A DNA stretch of 64,000 bases, from positions 59,024,001 to 59,088,000 of the forward strand of contig OX597827.1 of assembly GCA_951406725.2 (NCBI GenBank), in the 5' to 3' direction. Below are positions 12,781-25,563 of the stretch, one piece after another (positions within the stretch are counted from its first letter, which is position 1; each line of letters begins with the position of its first letter). The translations under genes and the position numbers were made by a program. This stretch comes from Octopus vulgaris. Its lineage: Eukaryota. The notes under the pieces were generated by a model, which searched no databases, was not told where the DNA came from, and saw only the letters and a program-made list of their open reading frames with translations.

Positions 12781-13670
12781 TAGCAGAGATACTCGGCATT
12801 GCTCGGGCATAGTTTGTATATAATATATTACAGTCGTGTTGAAACAGGTGATATGGGAAAGTGCAGCATTGACAAAAAACATTTGTAGAGTAAATGCTGG
12901 GCTAATTCGACTAAGGAACGTGCTATGCGTCCGTTTGGAGTATTTCAGGACTTAACCTGTCATGGAAAATTGGAGGCGGGGCATATGTGGTTTTTGAACG
13001 CACCGAAAAGCTCTCAGTGGATATACTCTCCTTTGCAGCAGTCGGTGATGTGTCTAACACGACCCATGATCTGAAATTTTGACACTTCCGTCGGGTTTGT
13101 TGTCCTATATCACTCATAAACTAAATTTGGAGGAACTGTGGTTGTTCATTTGCGGGTAACAGGGAACCAATAAGGTGATAGACTTGTCCTTGAACTTTGA
13201 CGGCGTAAATTCATATTTATCTATCTTCTTAGATGCACCAAATGATGGTCATTTGACATGCGGAGTTGTATTGTCTGATATCGTTCAGAAAATCCTTTGA
13301 CTGAATGGAAGTGCCTTCTAGAAGATTCATAAGAGGTTGAGAAGAAGCTGGTAGTGCTGGCAATGTTACGTGACCGCCTGAGCAGCACATACCATTTGTT
13401 TCATTTGAAAACTTTAAAGCTGTACATAAACGATAATTTGTGTTTAGCAAACTAATTTGGACAGAGTTATCATTTTTATAATAATGGGATGGATCATATC
13501 TGTAAACAGCTTCAGGGGTTGTGAAGAATGACTTTGTACTTGGTCTGTTTCTGAGAGTTATTCTACTGGACCTCTGTCTAATCATTAAAACATTTGATTT
13601 AATGATCCAGCATTAAGTGCTGCAACATGCATTTGCTGATCTTGAGAAAATCTCATCTCTCTTCAGACTC
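12779..13670 (-). mobile_element. Internally deleted Helitron with a RepHel N-terminal remnant
   Basis: C.ALKFSNETNGMCCSGGHVTLP, SKDFLNDIRQYNSACQMT, KVQGQVYHLIGSLLP; 3' end cccgagcaatgccgagtatctctgCTAG at about 12780. Confidence 0.85.
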
Positions 13671-14490
13671 TTGCCTTCGGTTTTTTACGGCTGATATACC
13701 CTCCAGCCTTCTTCAGGTGTCTTGGGGGAAATTTCGAAACATTGTGCTAACAACAAACAAGATGAGGACAAATATCCGTCGAATGTGAATAAAGTAAATA
13801 ATGTACAACTTTAATCTTTGTACTTTACAACGTCTTTAAATGTTCATCAATATATTAGGCGCTTCTTGAAAGGAAGGGAGATAAAAATAATCGAATTTAG
13901 CCCTGTGCATTCTTAGTATGTGCTCAGAGTTGTCCCCCTTTGTTTACTTGAGCCAACATTTTGCATAGGGTTTTTCAGGAATAATTATCACTATTTGGTC
14001 GTGGGATGTCTTTTTATTCTCTCTCTTTTTTTTTATTTTTAGATTTTATTTGTTTTCCTATTGAATCCGGCCTGAGATATTAATAGACTTGTAATAGACT
14101 GTGAGAATTTTCGAAATAGAGATTGTTTAATTTTGTCCAGAAGTGTTATGGGTATGGTGTAGGATTTTTCCCCCTCTTTTGATGAGGAAGCGTATTCTTA
14201 CGATTCTTTGTTATTGTTTTTCCTCTGTTTGTATTTATAACATTGTCATTTGTGCGTGGGCTCGTTTGGGTGGGAAGTGTGGTATCGGTGAGTCAATGGG
14301 TGTGTAAAGATAAGTTTCTGTTATTATGATTAGACAGAAAAAAGAAAACATTATGAAGGTCGATAATCTAAATTTATCATTCAGTGGGATGGTGAGTGAA
14401 TAAATAAGAATGAGTACCTAGGAGACATTGAACCTATCAATATTCTCAAAAAAATATTGTAGCTCTGCAAATTTATTCGGTTCAAACAAA

Positions 14491-14886
14491 CGTAGGAGTG
14501 GCTGTGTCGTAAGTAGCTTGTTTACCAACCACATGGTTCCGGGATCAGTCCCACTGCGTGGCACCTTGGGCAAGTGTCTTCTACTATAGCCTCGGGTCGA
14601 CCAAAGCCTTGTGAGTGGATTTCGTAGACGGAAACTGAAAGAAGCCCGTCGTATATGTATATATATGTGTTTGTGTGTATGTTTGTGTGTCTGTGTGTTT
14701 GTCCCCACAACATCACTTGACAACCGATGCTGGTGTGTTTACGCCACCGTAACATAGCGGTTCGCCCAAACAGACCAATAGAATAAGTACTAGGCTTACA
14801 AAGAATAAGACCTGGGGTCGATTTGCTCGACTAAAGGCGGTTCTCTAGCATGGCCACAGTAAAATGACTGAAACAAGTAAAAGAGT

Positions 14887-14888
<2 letters not shown>
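14491..14888 (+). mobile_element. SINE family A, full length
   Basis: High similarity to 29085-29482. Confidence 0.9.
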
Positions 14889-14925
<37 letters not shown>

Positions 14926-15306
14926 CGCACACGCACACACAGAGAGAGGCGAAGAGCCATAAATAAAGTGAAGGAAAAATGGTAGAAATTCACGTTCAAA
15001 ATAAGTTTGAAGTAAGAAGTATACAGAACTTGCCACAATTTTAACAAAAAGCACCTTTGAATACAAATACGATACAAATAAGATGATATTCTTTTTCGAA
15101 CGCAGAATTGTCGTTAGAACAACAGGAATACTGGGTACCCTTACAAAGCAGGAAAATTTGTCACGAAAATATATCGTATTTGTATCGTAAAATGCACATT
15201 ACGACGTTCATAATATATAAACTTGTGGTTTGTTCATATTCATATATGTACTCGTGCTTCGTATTTTTTTGTTGTACATGTTTCATGACGTCCTGTGCCC
15301 ACATGT

Positions 15307-15381
<75 letters not shown>

Positions 15382-15428
15382 GTATAGATGTATGTACATA
15401 CACATATGTATGTATGTATATGTATATA

Positions 15429-16450
15429 TAACGGGAAGGTTTACGAAAATAAACAAAAGACGAAGGCAGGTGGAGTACAAACAAATAATGTATTAGTATG
15501 GCGCTCAGGAATAGAAATAAAACAAGTCTTTTACGTTTCGAGCCTACGCTCTTCGACAGAAAGATACACAGAAAAGAAACAAGGAGAGAAAAAAATTGCG
15601 TGTAGGGGCTAACGATCCATGTCTCTGCTCTTTCTCTCCACATCTGCCCCGTCGTTGCCCGTCTCATGTTACCAACCACCCCTTCACCCTGCCCCTCCAA
15701 CGTACCATTCTCCGAGCCTTCCGGCGACTCCAGTTCGATTCTTCCACCTCGCACATCTTCCCCAACTTACCTCTTCCCTCCTTGAAACGAGCTCACAACC
15801 TGCGTGACCTCCTGGTCCACAATTTCTTTCCTAACCCCCACCACCCAGCCTGGCTCATTCCCCTGCTCTGCCCACGCCGCCGTACTTGCCCCTACCATCC
15901 TCACTACCATCTTCATAGGTACCCATCATCGTCCCTATCACATCACCGACTTCTTTACCTGTACTTCTAGTAACGTCATTTACTGCATCTCCTGCTCTTT
16001 CTGCCCTTCCCGGTACATCGGTCAAACGGGACGCCGATTGGCTGACCAGTTGGCGGAAAACCTCTGAGACATCAGACTCAGCAATGACACTCCGGTCTCG
16101 CGCCATTTCTGCTCTACCGGTCATTCACTACAACATCTGACTGTGTTCAGACTATCTTGCACAAAGGCCATCCGGAATCACGCCTTCGCCGTGAACGAGA
16201 ATTAATCTTCTCTCTTCGCTTCTTTGCGCTTTATAGACTTAACTTCCCTTCTCTCTTCATCTGACTCTCCTTCTCTCTTCATCTGATACCTCCTTTTTCT
16301 CTTCACTTCTACCCACCTCCTCTCTTCATTGATACCCCACACATCCATCCCACCCCTACCACACTCAACCCTCACCCTACTCCCACACTCCAACACCACA
16401 CACCCGCACTACACCACAGCCCACACCACACCACTCCATACACACTAGCA
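15429..16450 (+). mobile_element. 5'-truncated Neptune-type PLE: inverted pseudo-LTR (15429-15615) plus degenerate GIY-YIG 3' fragment
   Basis: [34 protein letters not shown] and FTCTSSNVIYCISCSFCPSRYIGQTGRRLAD match the 32-kb element; 15429-15615 matches 31558-31755. Confidence 0.9.
15527..15564 (-). ncRNA. Minimal hammerhead-like motif (variant core)
   Basis: UCUUU CUGUCGA A GAGC-GUAG-GCUC GAAAC GUA AAAGA. Confidence 0.6.
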
Positions 16451-16454
16451 CTGA

Positions 16455-16940
16455 CCACTTCCCAATACCTTTTCAAGCGAAACTTGAAAAAGTTGATGAG
16501 GGCTTGGCCAAAGAGGAAAGTCTGACTTTAGCCTTTTCAGACAAGTTCACCATACCACATCTTTCGCAACAGCCACTAGACAAACAAAAATTGCCTGCCC
16601 CTCCTGCATTGCCCGCCTGACGGAGGACTATGAGCGCTTGATGAGGTGCCAAGTGCCTCTCCTCAGTCTACGCCTAATCCAGGTTTGCAGCTCAGTCAAA
16701 GAGACGAGCTGTGGAAAAGTGTGTCTGACAAACGGTGAACACACTTGCTCACTGTCAAGGAAACGCTGGAGATGCCGTAGCCTGTGCGCATGTCTGCGCA
16801 TCAACAACCATGGTATGCCCAGCCCTCCATTCAGCGACTGTTTACAGCAGATGGAGCGCCTGACTCGTAAAATGCGCCCCTTCCACAGAAAGCGGAATTG
16901 TAAGCGCACTAGCTTAGTCAATCAGAAAACGGGGCATTAA
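16455..16940 (-). mobile_element. Tx1/L1-clade LINE ORF2 fragment
   Basis: FRFLWKGRILRVRRSICCKQSLNGGLGIP resembles the post-RT F.W.G...GGLG.P motif. Confidence 0.7.
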
Positions 16941-16959
16941 GCGGTATTAGATGACGGAT

Positions 16960-17211
16960 GCGAGCTAGCAGAAACGTTAAAGGCGGAGAGCTGGCAGAAT
17001 CGTTAGCACGCCGGGCGAAATGCTTAGCGGTATTTCGTCTGCGTTACGTTGTGAGTTCAAATTCCGCCGAGGTTGACTTTGCCTTTCATCCTTTCGGGGT
17101 CGACAAATTAAGTACCAGTTACGCACTGGGGTCGATGTAATCGACTTAATACCTATGTCTGTCCTTGTTTGTCCCCTCTGTGTTTAGCCCCATGTGGGTA
17201 ATAAAGAAATA
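16960..17211 (+). mobile_element. SINE family B with duplicated head and about 20-bp TSD
   Basis: gagctggcagaatcgttagcacgccgggcgaaatg head; ggtattagatgacggatgcga at 16943 and 17212. Confidence 0.85.
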
Positions 17212-17328
17212 GGTATTAGATGACGGATGCGATCGCTACCTCGGCTCGACCTATCAGGGACAGCTTCCTATCGGCCCATTTCTGGGTGAGACTGGCTACC
17301 CTGCTCGTCACCTCGTCCCAGTTTTTCT

Positions 17329-17364
<36 letters not shown>

Positions 17365-17544
17365 GGTTCTTTCACGCAGTTTCTTTTTACTAGATTCACT
17401 CACGAAACATTGGTCGAGCCAGGGTCAATAATAGAATGCACTCGGTCAACGTACTGCGCAGTAGAATTGAACCCAACACCAGCATTTTAATCATACACCC
17501 ATACCAGCACATATGTTTTATTAAATTTTAAAATTTAAAAAAAA

Positions 17545-18316
17545 AACCGAAATGATGATGCAACCTTTCATGTGCATGTTGCTAAATTGGCAATGAAATG
17601 TAGGCGGCTGACCGGATGGATTCTTAGAACCTTTAGAACAAGAGACCAGGAAACCATGATGGTCCTCTGGAGGACACTTGTCCTAAGCCACTTTGACTAT
17701 TGCTCTCAGCTATGGTCACCATCCAGTGTCAAGTTAATCACAGAACTTGAGGCGATCCAACGAAGCTACACGAAGAAGATAGCCTCTGTGCAGCATATAA
17801 GCTATTGGGAAAGACTCAAGAGATTGAGACTCTATTACTTAGAGCGTAGGAGAGAAAGATATGCCATAATATACATCTGGAAGATCCTAGAAGGACTTGT
17901 CCCAAACTTTGGCATCGAGAGTTACACAAATGCCAGAACTGGGCGCCACTGCATAGTGCCAAGGACTCCAAATTTGCCATCAAGATGTAGGACAAGATAC
18001 TGTGATAGCCTGGGCTTCCGAGGACCACAGCTCTTCAATATCCTCCCGAAGAACCTAAGAGACCTGCATGGGGTGGATGCAGATGTCTTTAAAATGAAAC
18101 TGGATCTCTTCTTGTCAGGTATCCCAGATGAACCAACTTCACGGCAGGAGGTGCAGATGAGGGCAGCTGCATCGAACTCCCTCATGCACCAGATGGGATT
18201 TGCTAAAAAGCATTTGTGAAGTAAAATCATGTAGCAACACCAAATGGCGGTGCCCCAGCATGGCCACAGCTTGTGAGCTGAAACTAAATATGATAAAATA
18301 AAAATAAATAAAATAA
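17545..18316 (+). mobile_element. CR1-group LINE 3' fragment (215-aa open C-terminus, 3' UTR, A-rich tail)
   Basis: GWILRTFRTRD, DYCSQLWSP, LEAIQRSYTKKI, YWERLKRLRLY.LERRRERY, GPQLFNILP, FK.KLD.FL..IPDEP. Confidence 0.85.
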
Positions 18317-18553
18317 GTTCGTCCAAATTTTTTCTTCAATAATTGTTTCAGAAATGTATTAAAGGTTCATTGACCTCAACGGAGGTCGGTACCTCTATTT
18401 CTAATAAAATCGTTATCAATCAAATAATGTTACATGATCTGATGTCACAAGTTCGGCTCATTTACTTGTCAAATAAGATGTCTCTTCATTAATCTTGATT
18501 GAATGATGTCTTCTGATAACATGAATAAACCATAAACAGTAATTTGTACTCCA

Positions 18554-18555
<2 letters not shown>

Positions 18556-18587
<32 letters not shown>

Positions 18588-18654
18588 CCACCACCACCAC
18601 CACCACCATCACCACCACCAACACCACCACCACCACCACCACCACCACCATCAC

Positions 18655-18692
<38 letters not shown>

Positions 18693-18741
18693 CCATCACC
18701 ACCACCAACACCACCACCACCACCACCACCACCACCATCAC

Positions 18742-18776
<35 letters not shown>

Positions 18777-18808
18777 CCACCACCACCACCACCACCACCA
18801 CCACCACC

Positions 18809-18861
<53 letters not shown>
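18556..18861. repeat. (CAT)n/(CAC)n compound trinucleotide array
   Basis: Alternating CAT and CAC blocks with a repeated CAA interruption. Confidence 0.95.
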
Positions 18862-19179
18862 AATTATTATTCAGCGAGCTGGCAGAATCGTTTGCAGGCC
18901 GGACAAAATGCTCAGCGGCATTTCGTCAGTCCTTACGTTCTGAGGTTCAAATTCCATCGAGGTCGACTTTGCCTTTCATCCATTCGGAGTCGATAAATTA
19001 AGTACTCTAGAAACACTGGGGGTCAATGTAATCGACTTGTCCCCTCCTACCAAATTTCAGGCCTTGGGGTCTATAGAAGAAAGGATTATTGTTGTTATTT
19101 TGTCATTTGTGATGGGAAAGAGACGACGCTTGTTCGTAGCTCGTAAATTTTCTTTGAAATCCGTTGTTTTATTAGTTGA

Positions 19180-19487
19180 CTAGCAGTATCGCCCGGCGTT
19201 GCTCGGGTTTGTAAGGGAAATAACTATATAAGCATTTTTAGAGAGTTACTTCCCTTATATAACTCGAGCAAAATCATTAAAAATGCGGAAAAATGATGGT
19301 AAATTTTTTTTTTTTAATCGTAGACTCATTGTAGACGCGCGCTAATACCCAGAAGGGCTCGATATGAATGACGACTATAAGATACCCGCTTTTGGTTAAA
19401 CTGCACCGCAAAATGTGGGAGTAGTTAGGAATCTAAATCGGAGGAGACAGAGTCTCACACACACAACTTCAATTTTATATATAAAGA
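19180..19487 (-). mobile_element. Non-autonomous Helitron
   Basis: Same ctagcagtatcgcccggcgttgctcggg ... tatataaaga termini, A^T site. Confidence 0.85.
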
Positions 19488-19756
19488 TATTCGAATTTTT
19501 GTTGAACTGTTTTCTAAATAAGCCAGCTCGCTTTGCTTACAGCGAGCTGGTTTGGCGAAATTTCGGTTTCTAAGGATGAATTTTGAGATTTTAAAAATTA
19601 ACATTTAATATTTCAAACCAAAAGAAATCACAATATGGATTCTCAAGTCAAGTGAAGTGATGGCAGTTGTAACAGCCATTATTACATTATTTTTTCCGCC
19701 ACTAACTGTTATGGTCGAGAGGCAAATCACTGGCAGCAACAACAACAGCAGCAGAG

Positions 19757-19940
19757 TGGAGGCACAATGGCCCAGTGGTTAGGGCAGCGGACTCGCGGTC
19801 GTAAGAACGCGGTTTCGATTCCCAGACCGGGCATTGTGAGAGTTTATTGAGCAAAAACACCCAAGTACCCCGAGGCTCCGGCAGGGGGTGGAGGGTGAAC
19901 CTCGCTGTACTCTTTCACCACAACTTTCTCTCACTCTTTC
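19757..19940 (+). mobile_element. tRNA-derived SINE family C
   Basis: A box tggcccagtgg, B-box-like ggtttcgattcc. Confidence 0.8.
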
Positions 19941-20549
19941 TACTTCTGCCACAAAGCAGAGGAACCATAGTGCAACCCACTATGGTGTGGTAAATTTCCA
20001 GACCCTCGTCTAGATTGCGAATCCTCTGTACCACAGGATGGTTCAGCTCTCTGCCCGTTAAAGCCACCGTTTACGGAATGAGGATAACAACGTAGCTTTC
20101 GCGCCCGTGCAACCACCAAGTCTATCGCGTGTGGTGGGTGGATCTTCAAGTTTCCACACGCATTCTTAGTAGCTTAGAGTAGGCTCGAATTAGAGATTAT
20201 TCTTTGTGGCTAATGGCGTGAGTCCTGATTGGAAGAAGAAGAAGAAGAAGAAGAAGAAGAAGAAGAAGAAGAAGAAGAAGAAGAAGAAGAAGAAGAAGAA
20301 GAAGAACACAGCAACAGAACATTGCAGGATATATTTTAAATGGTAGAAGCTCGACTTCCACTACCACCCCTAACACCACGATCATCACCAACACTACCAC
20401 CGCCGCCATCAACACAAACAACGAAAACTGTAGCCGTTCTTATTTCTAAACAAAATAGAAACGGTTTCGCACAAGCATGTCGTAGAATGAAGAAAGGTGA
20501 CTTGCAGCGTCCCCGAAATTGCTGGCATTGTGTCAAAATTTTATACCTT

Positions 20550-21760
20550 AAAGGCAGTGAGCTGGCAGAATGGTTATTGAGTCTGAGAAAATGTTTAGCG
20601 GCATTTCCTCCGGTTTTACGTTCTGAGTTCAAATCCTCCTGTGGTCGATTTAGTCTTTCAGCCTTTCGGGGTCGATAAAATAAGAACCAGTTGTGCACTG
20701 AAGTCGAACCTAGCCCCACTGAATTTCAGTCCTTGTGGCTTTAGTAGAAAGAATCATTATTATTATTGTTTTTTGTTGTTGTCATTTAGAAGGCAGAGTT
20801 GGCAGAAGAAGAACACAGCAACAGAACATTGCTTAGTGATATATCGTCTGCCTTTACGTTCTGAGTTCAAATTCCGCCGAGGTCGACTTAGCCTTCCACC
20901 CCTAACACCACGATCATCACCAACACTACCACTTTCGCACTGGGGTCGATGTAATCGATTTAATCCCTTTGTCTGTCCTTTTTTGTCCCCTCTATGTTTA
21001 GCCCTTTGTGGGCAGTAAAAAAACAGATATATCGTCTGCCTTTACGTTCTGAGTTCAAATTCCGTCGAGGTCGACTTTGCTTTCATCCTTTCGGGATCGA
21101 TAAATAAAGTACCAGTTTCGCACTGGGGTCGAGGTAATCGACTTAATCCCTTTGTCTGTCCTTGTTTGTCCCCTCTATGTTTAGCCCCTGTTGGCAGTAA
21201 AGAAATAGATATATCGTCTGCCTTTACGTTCTGAGTTCAAATTCCACCGAGGTCGATTTAGCCTTTCACCCTTTCAGGATCGATAAAGTACCAGTTTCGC
21301 ACTGGGTCGATGTAATCGACTTAATCCTTGTGGCTTTAGTAGAAAGAATCATTATTATTATTGTTTGTTTGTCCCCACAATGTTTAGCCCGTTGTGGGTA
21401 ATAAAGAAACTTAGTGATATATCGTCTGCCTTTACGTTCTGAGTTCAAATTCCGCCGAGGTCGACTTTGCCTTTCATCCTTTCGGGATCGATAAATAAAG
21501 TACCAGTTTCGCACTGGGGTCGATGTAATCGATTTAATCCCTTTGTCTGTCCTTGTTTGTCTCCTCTATGTTTAGCCCCTTGTGGGCAGTAAAGAAATAG
21601 ATATATCGTCTGCCTTTACGTTCTGAGTTCAAATTCCGCCGAGATCGACTTTCCTCGTTTCAGGGTCGTTGAAATATGTACCAGTCGAGCACTGGAGTAG
21701 ATGTAATCAACGAACACCAACCCCTCAAAACTGCTGGCCTATGCCAAAACCAGAAAGAAT
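20550..21760 (+). repeat. Tandem array of SINE family B bodies (about 185-bp period)
   Basis: gatatatcgtctgcctttacgttctgagttcaaattcc restarts at about 20838, 21026, 21208, 21416 and 21600. Confidence 0.9.
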
Positions 21761-22057
21761 TATTATTCTAAAATAGTTGACTTTTACTGACTTACTGATT
21801 ATGGAGCGTATGGATGTATCAATGTGCGTATTATTAATAAGGGCTTGTCTTATAACTAATGGACTATAATACTAAGGTAATATTAGAGCCAATAACACAT
21901 TGATAATAATACAAGTCACTCATTTTATTCCCGTATATCTTATTATTTGTTTTAACATAATTATTATAATAACACAGACCTCTTGAAAACAGGAAAACTA
22001 TTTTTATTGACATACGTATCAGTGATAGGCATATCAATGTCGTTCAATCTTTATATA

Positions 22058-22750
22058 CAAGGTGTCTCACAATGTTGGGACACCTTTCGTTTGTAATTTA
22101 TAAGACCGTGAACACTCGCCCATGCTTGTTCCAGTCCTACCATATTTTTCGGCATGAAAGTCGGCATAGTTTATAGAATTGTCACATAGTGTAACCACCC
22201 AAAAATTGTCACTATATTTACAAATTCTACTGTATTTCATATGGAATTTTTGGTCCTCCAAAATTGTCTTAGTCGACTACCATTTTTTTTCTTCTTTTTT
22301 TGTCGGTTGTAAATTCTGGTCTGAAGAATTCGACTTGTATGCCAGAAAATACGATATGTAACTTTACAAAGAGCGATCGCTATTTGGTACTTCATTCAAC
22401 TAAAACGTGTCTTTGGTAAAATAACTGAAAGAGGGTGGAAATACTGCTAGAAAAAGGATCTGACAGTCGTAATGTCTTGTAAAACTCAAGGTTTAATAGA
22501 TCTAAGAAGGAAAATAGCTTCAAATTCTGTTTATATAAACCAAATGGCTAACAGATTTCTGATCTTTGATTGGCCATCTTTCCAATTCCTGTTGCATTTT
22601 ACATGAAATTTTTGGTCCTCCAAAGTCATCTTGGTGTATAAATCGACTACCTTTTTTGGCTGTAAATTTTGGTTTGAAATATCCGATTTGTATGCCGGAA
22701 ATATGGTAGTTACTTACGTTTAAAATGTGTCCCAATATTATGAGACACTG
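22058..22750. mobile_element. Tc1/mariner-type MITE
   Basis: Imperfect TIRs caaggtgtctcacaatgttgggacac / gtgtcccaatattatgagacactg flanked by TA. Confidence 0.65.
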
Positions 22751-23625
22751 TATAATATTTATGTAACCATTATAACACAACAATCGCTGAATGCGATAGA
22801 CTTTTCATGGATATGTTTATTAACAATCTCAGTTACACCGCACTCATACAGAACAATGCCATAACGCTCATAATATAGAAATGTGTTTTATTTTCAATCG
22901 AGTATTTAAAAGGAAAAGAATACTATTGATGAATCCCCTGAAAAATATTATGCCCGACATCGATTCTAATCGGCGCTGAAGCTAATCTCAAAGACGCAAC
23001 TATTACCACCATCATATAAACGACTTTGAAATCATAAATGGACAAACACGACGCAGATAATTATTGATTTGCTTGTTTAAATTCGACTTTGATTTCAAAT
23101 ACATAATGAATTCATTAAGAAAAACATTAAGCTTTGACGTAAACACTTTCAAACTTGCATATAAAGACACACGTACACGTTCGCACACATGAATACATAC
23201 ACACATCAGTCAATCAAAATCTTTTAAGAAGAAAAGCAGCTTGCATCCACTATTTTTCTCGGTCGTCAACCGCTTATATTTTTCACTCTCTTCTTCTGTG
23301 CCCGTCCCCTGATGTTGCACGGCCCAGTCCACTCATGGCTTGCCTGTTTCTCTGTAAACAAACACATAAACACACATACACTCACACGTTTATACTTGTG
23401 TATGTGTACATGCATGTGTGTGCGTGCGTATGTGTTTGTATGTGTACATACGCATTTTGAATAGGTAGAGAGTTGGGTAGCTTAAGGCTGATGACAGAAA
23501 AGGATGCTGAGATTACTCTCTCTCTCTCCCTCTCTCGTTCCTGTTTCACTGTCACTTCATTTCTCAATCATGTAACTAGTATTAAACAATCGAATCTAGA
23601 CTTTGTTCTCCTGAACAAATATTTG

Positions 23626-23680
<55 letters not shown>

Positions 23681-23759
23681 CTGCGCGTGTATATATATAT
23701 ATATATATATGTACGTATGTATGGATGTATGTATGTACGTATGTACGTATGTACGTATG

Positions 23760-23790
<31 letters not shown>

Positions 23791-23896
23791 TAGGTAGGAA
23801 TGTACCGATATATCTATACATGCGTACATATGTATGTGTGTGTATGTGTATCTGTGTGCGAGCGTGCGTGTGTGTGTGTGTGAGAGAGAGAAAGAG

Positions 23897-23962
<66 letters not shown>

Positions 23963-24389
23963 TGTCACAGATAATGAATCAATGGATAATTAAATGTTTT
24001 AGACTTTGATCAAACAGATGTCTGTAGTACAATTAAGCACGTTATTGAACATAATAAAGAGAATAGTTATGAATCATCTTTCGGAACAATAAACTTGGCA
24101 GACGATAAAATGACGGCCTCGTTTCTAGGTTAGTATAAGTGTTATCATACAAGCAAAAAAACAAACAAGCAAAAAAAAACAAAAAATACAAAAAAACAAA
24201 AAAAGAAAGAAAGAAAAAGAAAAAAAGAAATCATCCTTGTTTTTCATTTGTGTATTTGTGTATTTGTTTTTGAAATTTTCGAATTAACTAATTCATTTAT
24301 CAATTCATTTTGATAAGCGAAAACAATAGATAATCGTACAAACAAATTTAATTCACATTTTTTGAAAACCCTATCGACTCATTTCCACG

Positions 24390-24481
24390 TTTCCTAAACC
24401 TGTTTCGGTTCTTTCTTTTTTCTTTTTCCCTTTCTTTCTTTTCTTTTCTTTCTTTTTCCTTTTCTTCCTTCCATTATTTCA

Positions 24482-24526
<45 letters not shown>

Positions 24527-24721
24527 TTCTTTTCATCTTCCTTCCTTTCTTTCTTTCTTTCTTTCTTTTCATCTTCCTTCCTTTCTTTCTGTCTTTCTTT
24601 CCTTTTGTCTTTCTTTCGTTGTTTCCTATTTTTGCTTTTCCTTCTTTCTTTCCATCTTCCTTCCTTCCTCCCTCCCTCCCTTTCTTTTTTTCTTTCTTTC
24701 TTTCTTTCATTCATTCATTAA

Positions 24722-24752
<31 letters not shown>

Positions 24753-24790
24753 CATCTATCTTTTTAATTTTCTTTTTCATCCTTCTTCTC
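24390..24790. repeat. Polypyrimidine (TTTC/TTCC)n low-complexity tract
   Basis: Seen directly. Confidence 0.95.
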
Positions 24791-25029
24791 AATAATATAT
24801 GACAGCAATTCGTGTATCAAATATTATTATGCTATAAGCTACATATCATATAATGCATGTGTGTTTCTTCGTGTATGTGTGTGTATGTACAATGATGCTG
24901 AAAAACTTCCGATCACAGTCATTGATGATAGAGAAAGCACCACCTTCAGTAGTTGTGTGTCTGAAAATTAGAGGTGTATTCTTGGAACGAAAAATGTTAG
25001 GCATTTTCAGAAAGTCAGCAGAAGATATT

Positions 25030-25563
25030 TCACCGAAATAGTTTTCAAAAGCTTCTCTCTTCTCATTTTTAAAAGCGATGTCTTCAACTTCTCGATCAGT
25101 TTCTTCCATACGAAGTTTTTTGTGTCATGTTCATGCCCTTGCCTCCCACAGAACCTGACCGCTTTAAAAATAACTTCTAATGCTTGCTGGGTTACTTCTT
25201 GTTACTGAATTAGCTGCTTATTCAGAGTCATAGATATATCTGTCTTTGGCCCAAAGTGCTAACTGCTTTCCTTGAGCAAGCGGAACAGCTATTTGAATCG
25301 ATTTTTCCTGTAATGTTGTCCCAGTTTCGTACACAAGCCAAGAAGGCAGTTTTCTTAGGCGTTGTAATTCTGTTATGCCGAGCTTCTTCTAGACAATACC
25401 GGCAGATAATAGCATCATGCTGAACATCATAATGAAGCCACAGAGCTTCCTTGAACCAGACTGGCAGTATGAGCGTTTCTTTGCATCCTTGGGGAAGTTG
25501 AATCCCTTTCCAGTCACAAATTGTTTTTGTGGCGTGCAAAATTTTGATGACACTTCTTGACAT
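25030..25563 (-). pseudogene. hAT transposase remnant (TTF-type Zn finger plus ZMYM1/DUF4371-like segment)
   Basis: WFKEALWLHYDVQHDAIICRYC...AF...NW, then after a frameshift ALEVIFKAVRFCGRQGHEHDTKNF. Confidence 0.7.

Noticed and set aside
18466-18512. Possible 47-nt minus-strand micro-exon
   Set aside because: AG/GT boundaries exist but are weak and no partner exons or recognisable peptide were found
18469-18996. Poly-His / poly-Met-Val ORFs
   Set aside because: Translations of a (CAT)/(CAC) microsatellite; no splice or codon evidence
19757-19830. tRNA gene
   Set aside because: A/B boxes present but no complete cloverleaf; it continues into a SINE body repeated elsewhere
20838-21660. Regularly spaced repeats resembling a CRISPR array
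   Set aside because: Units are whole 185-bp SINE bodies with no unique spacers and no cas genes; eukaryotic context
24394-24714. Lys/Glu/Arg-rich ORFs
   Set aside because: (GAAA)n low-complexity tract
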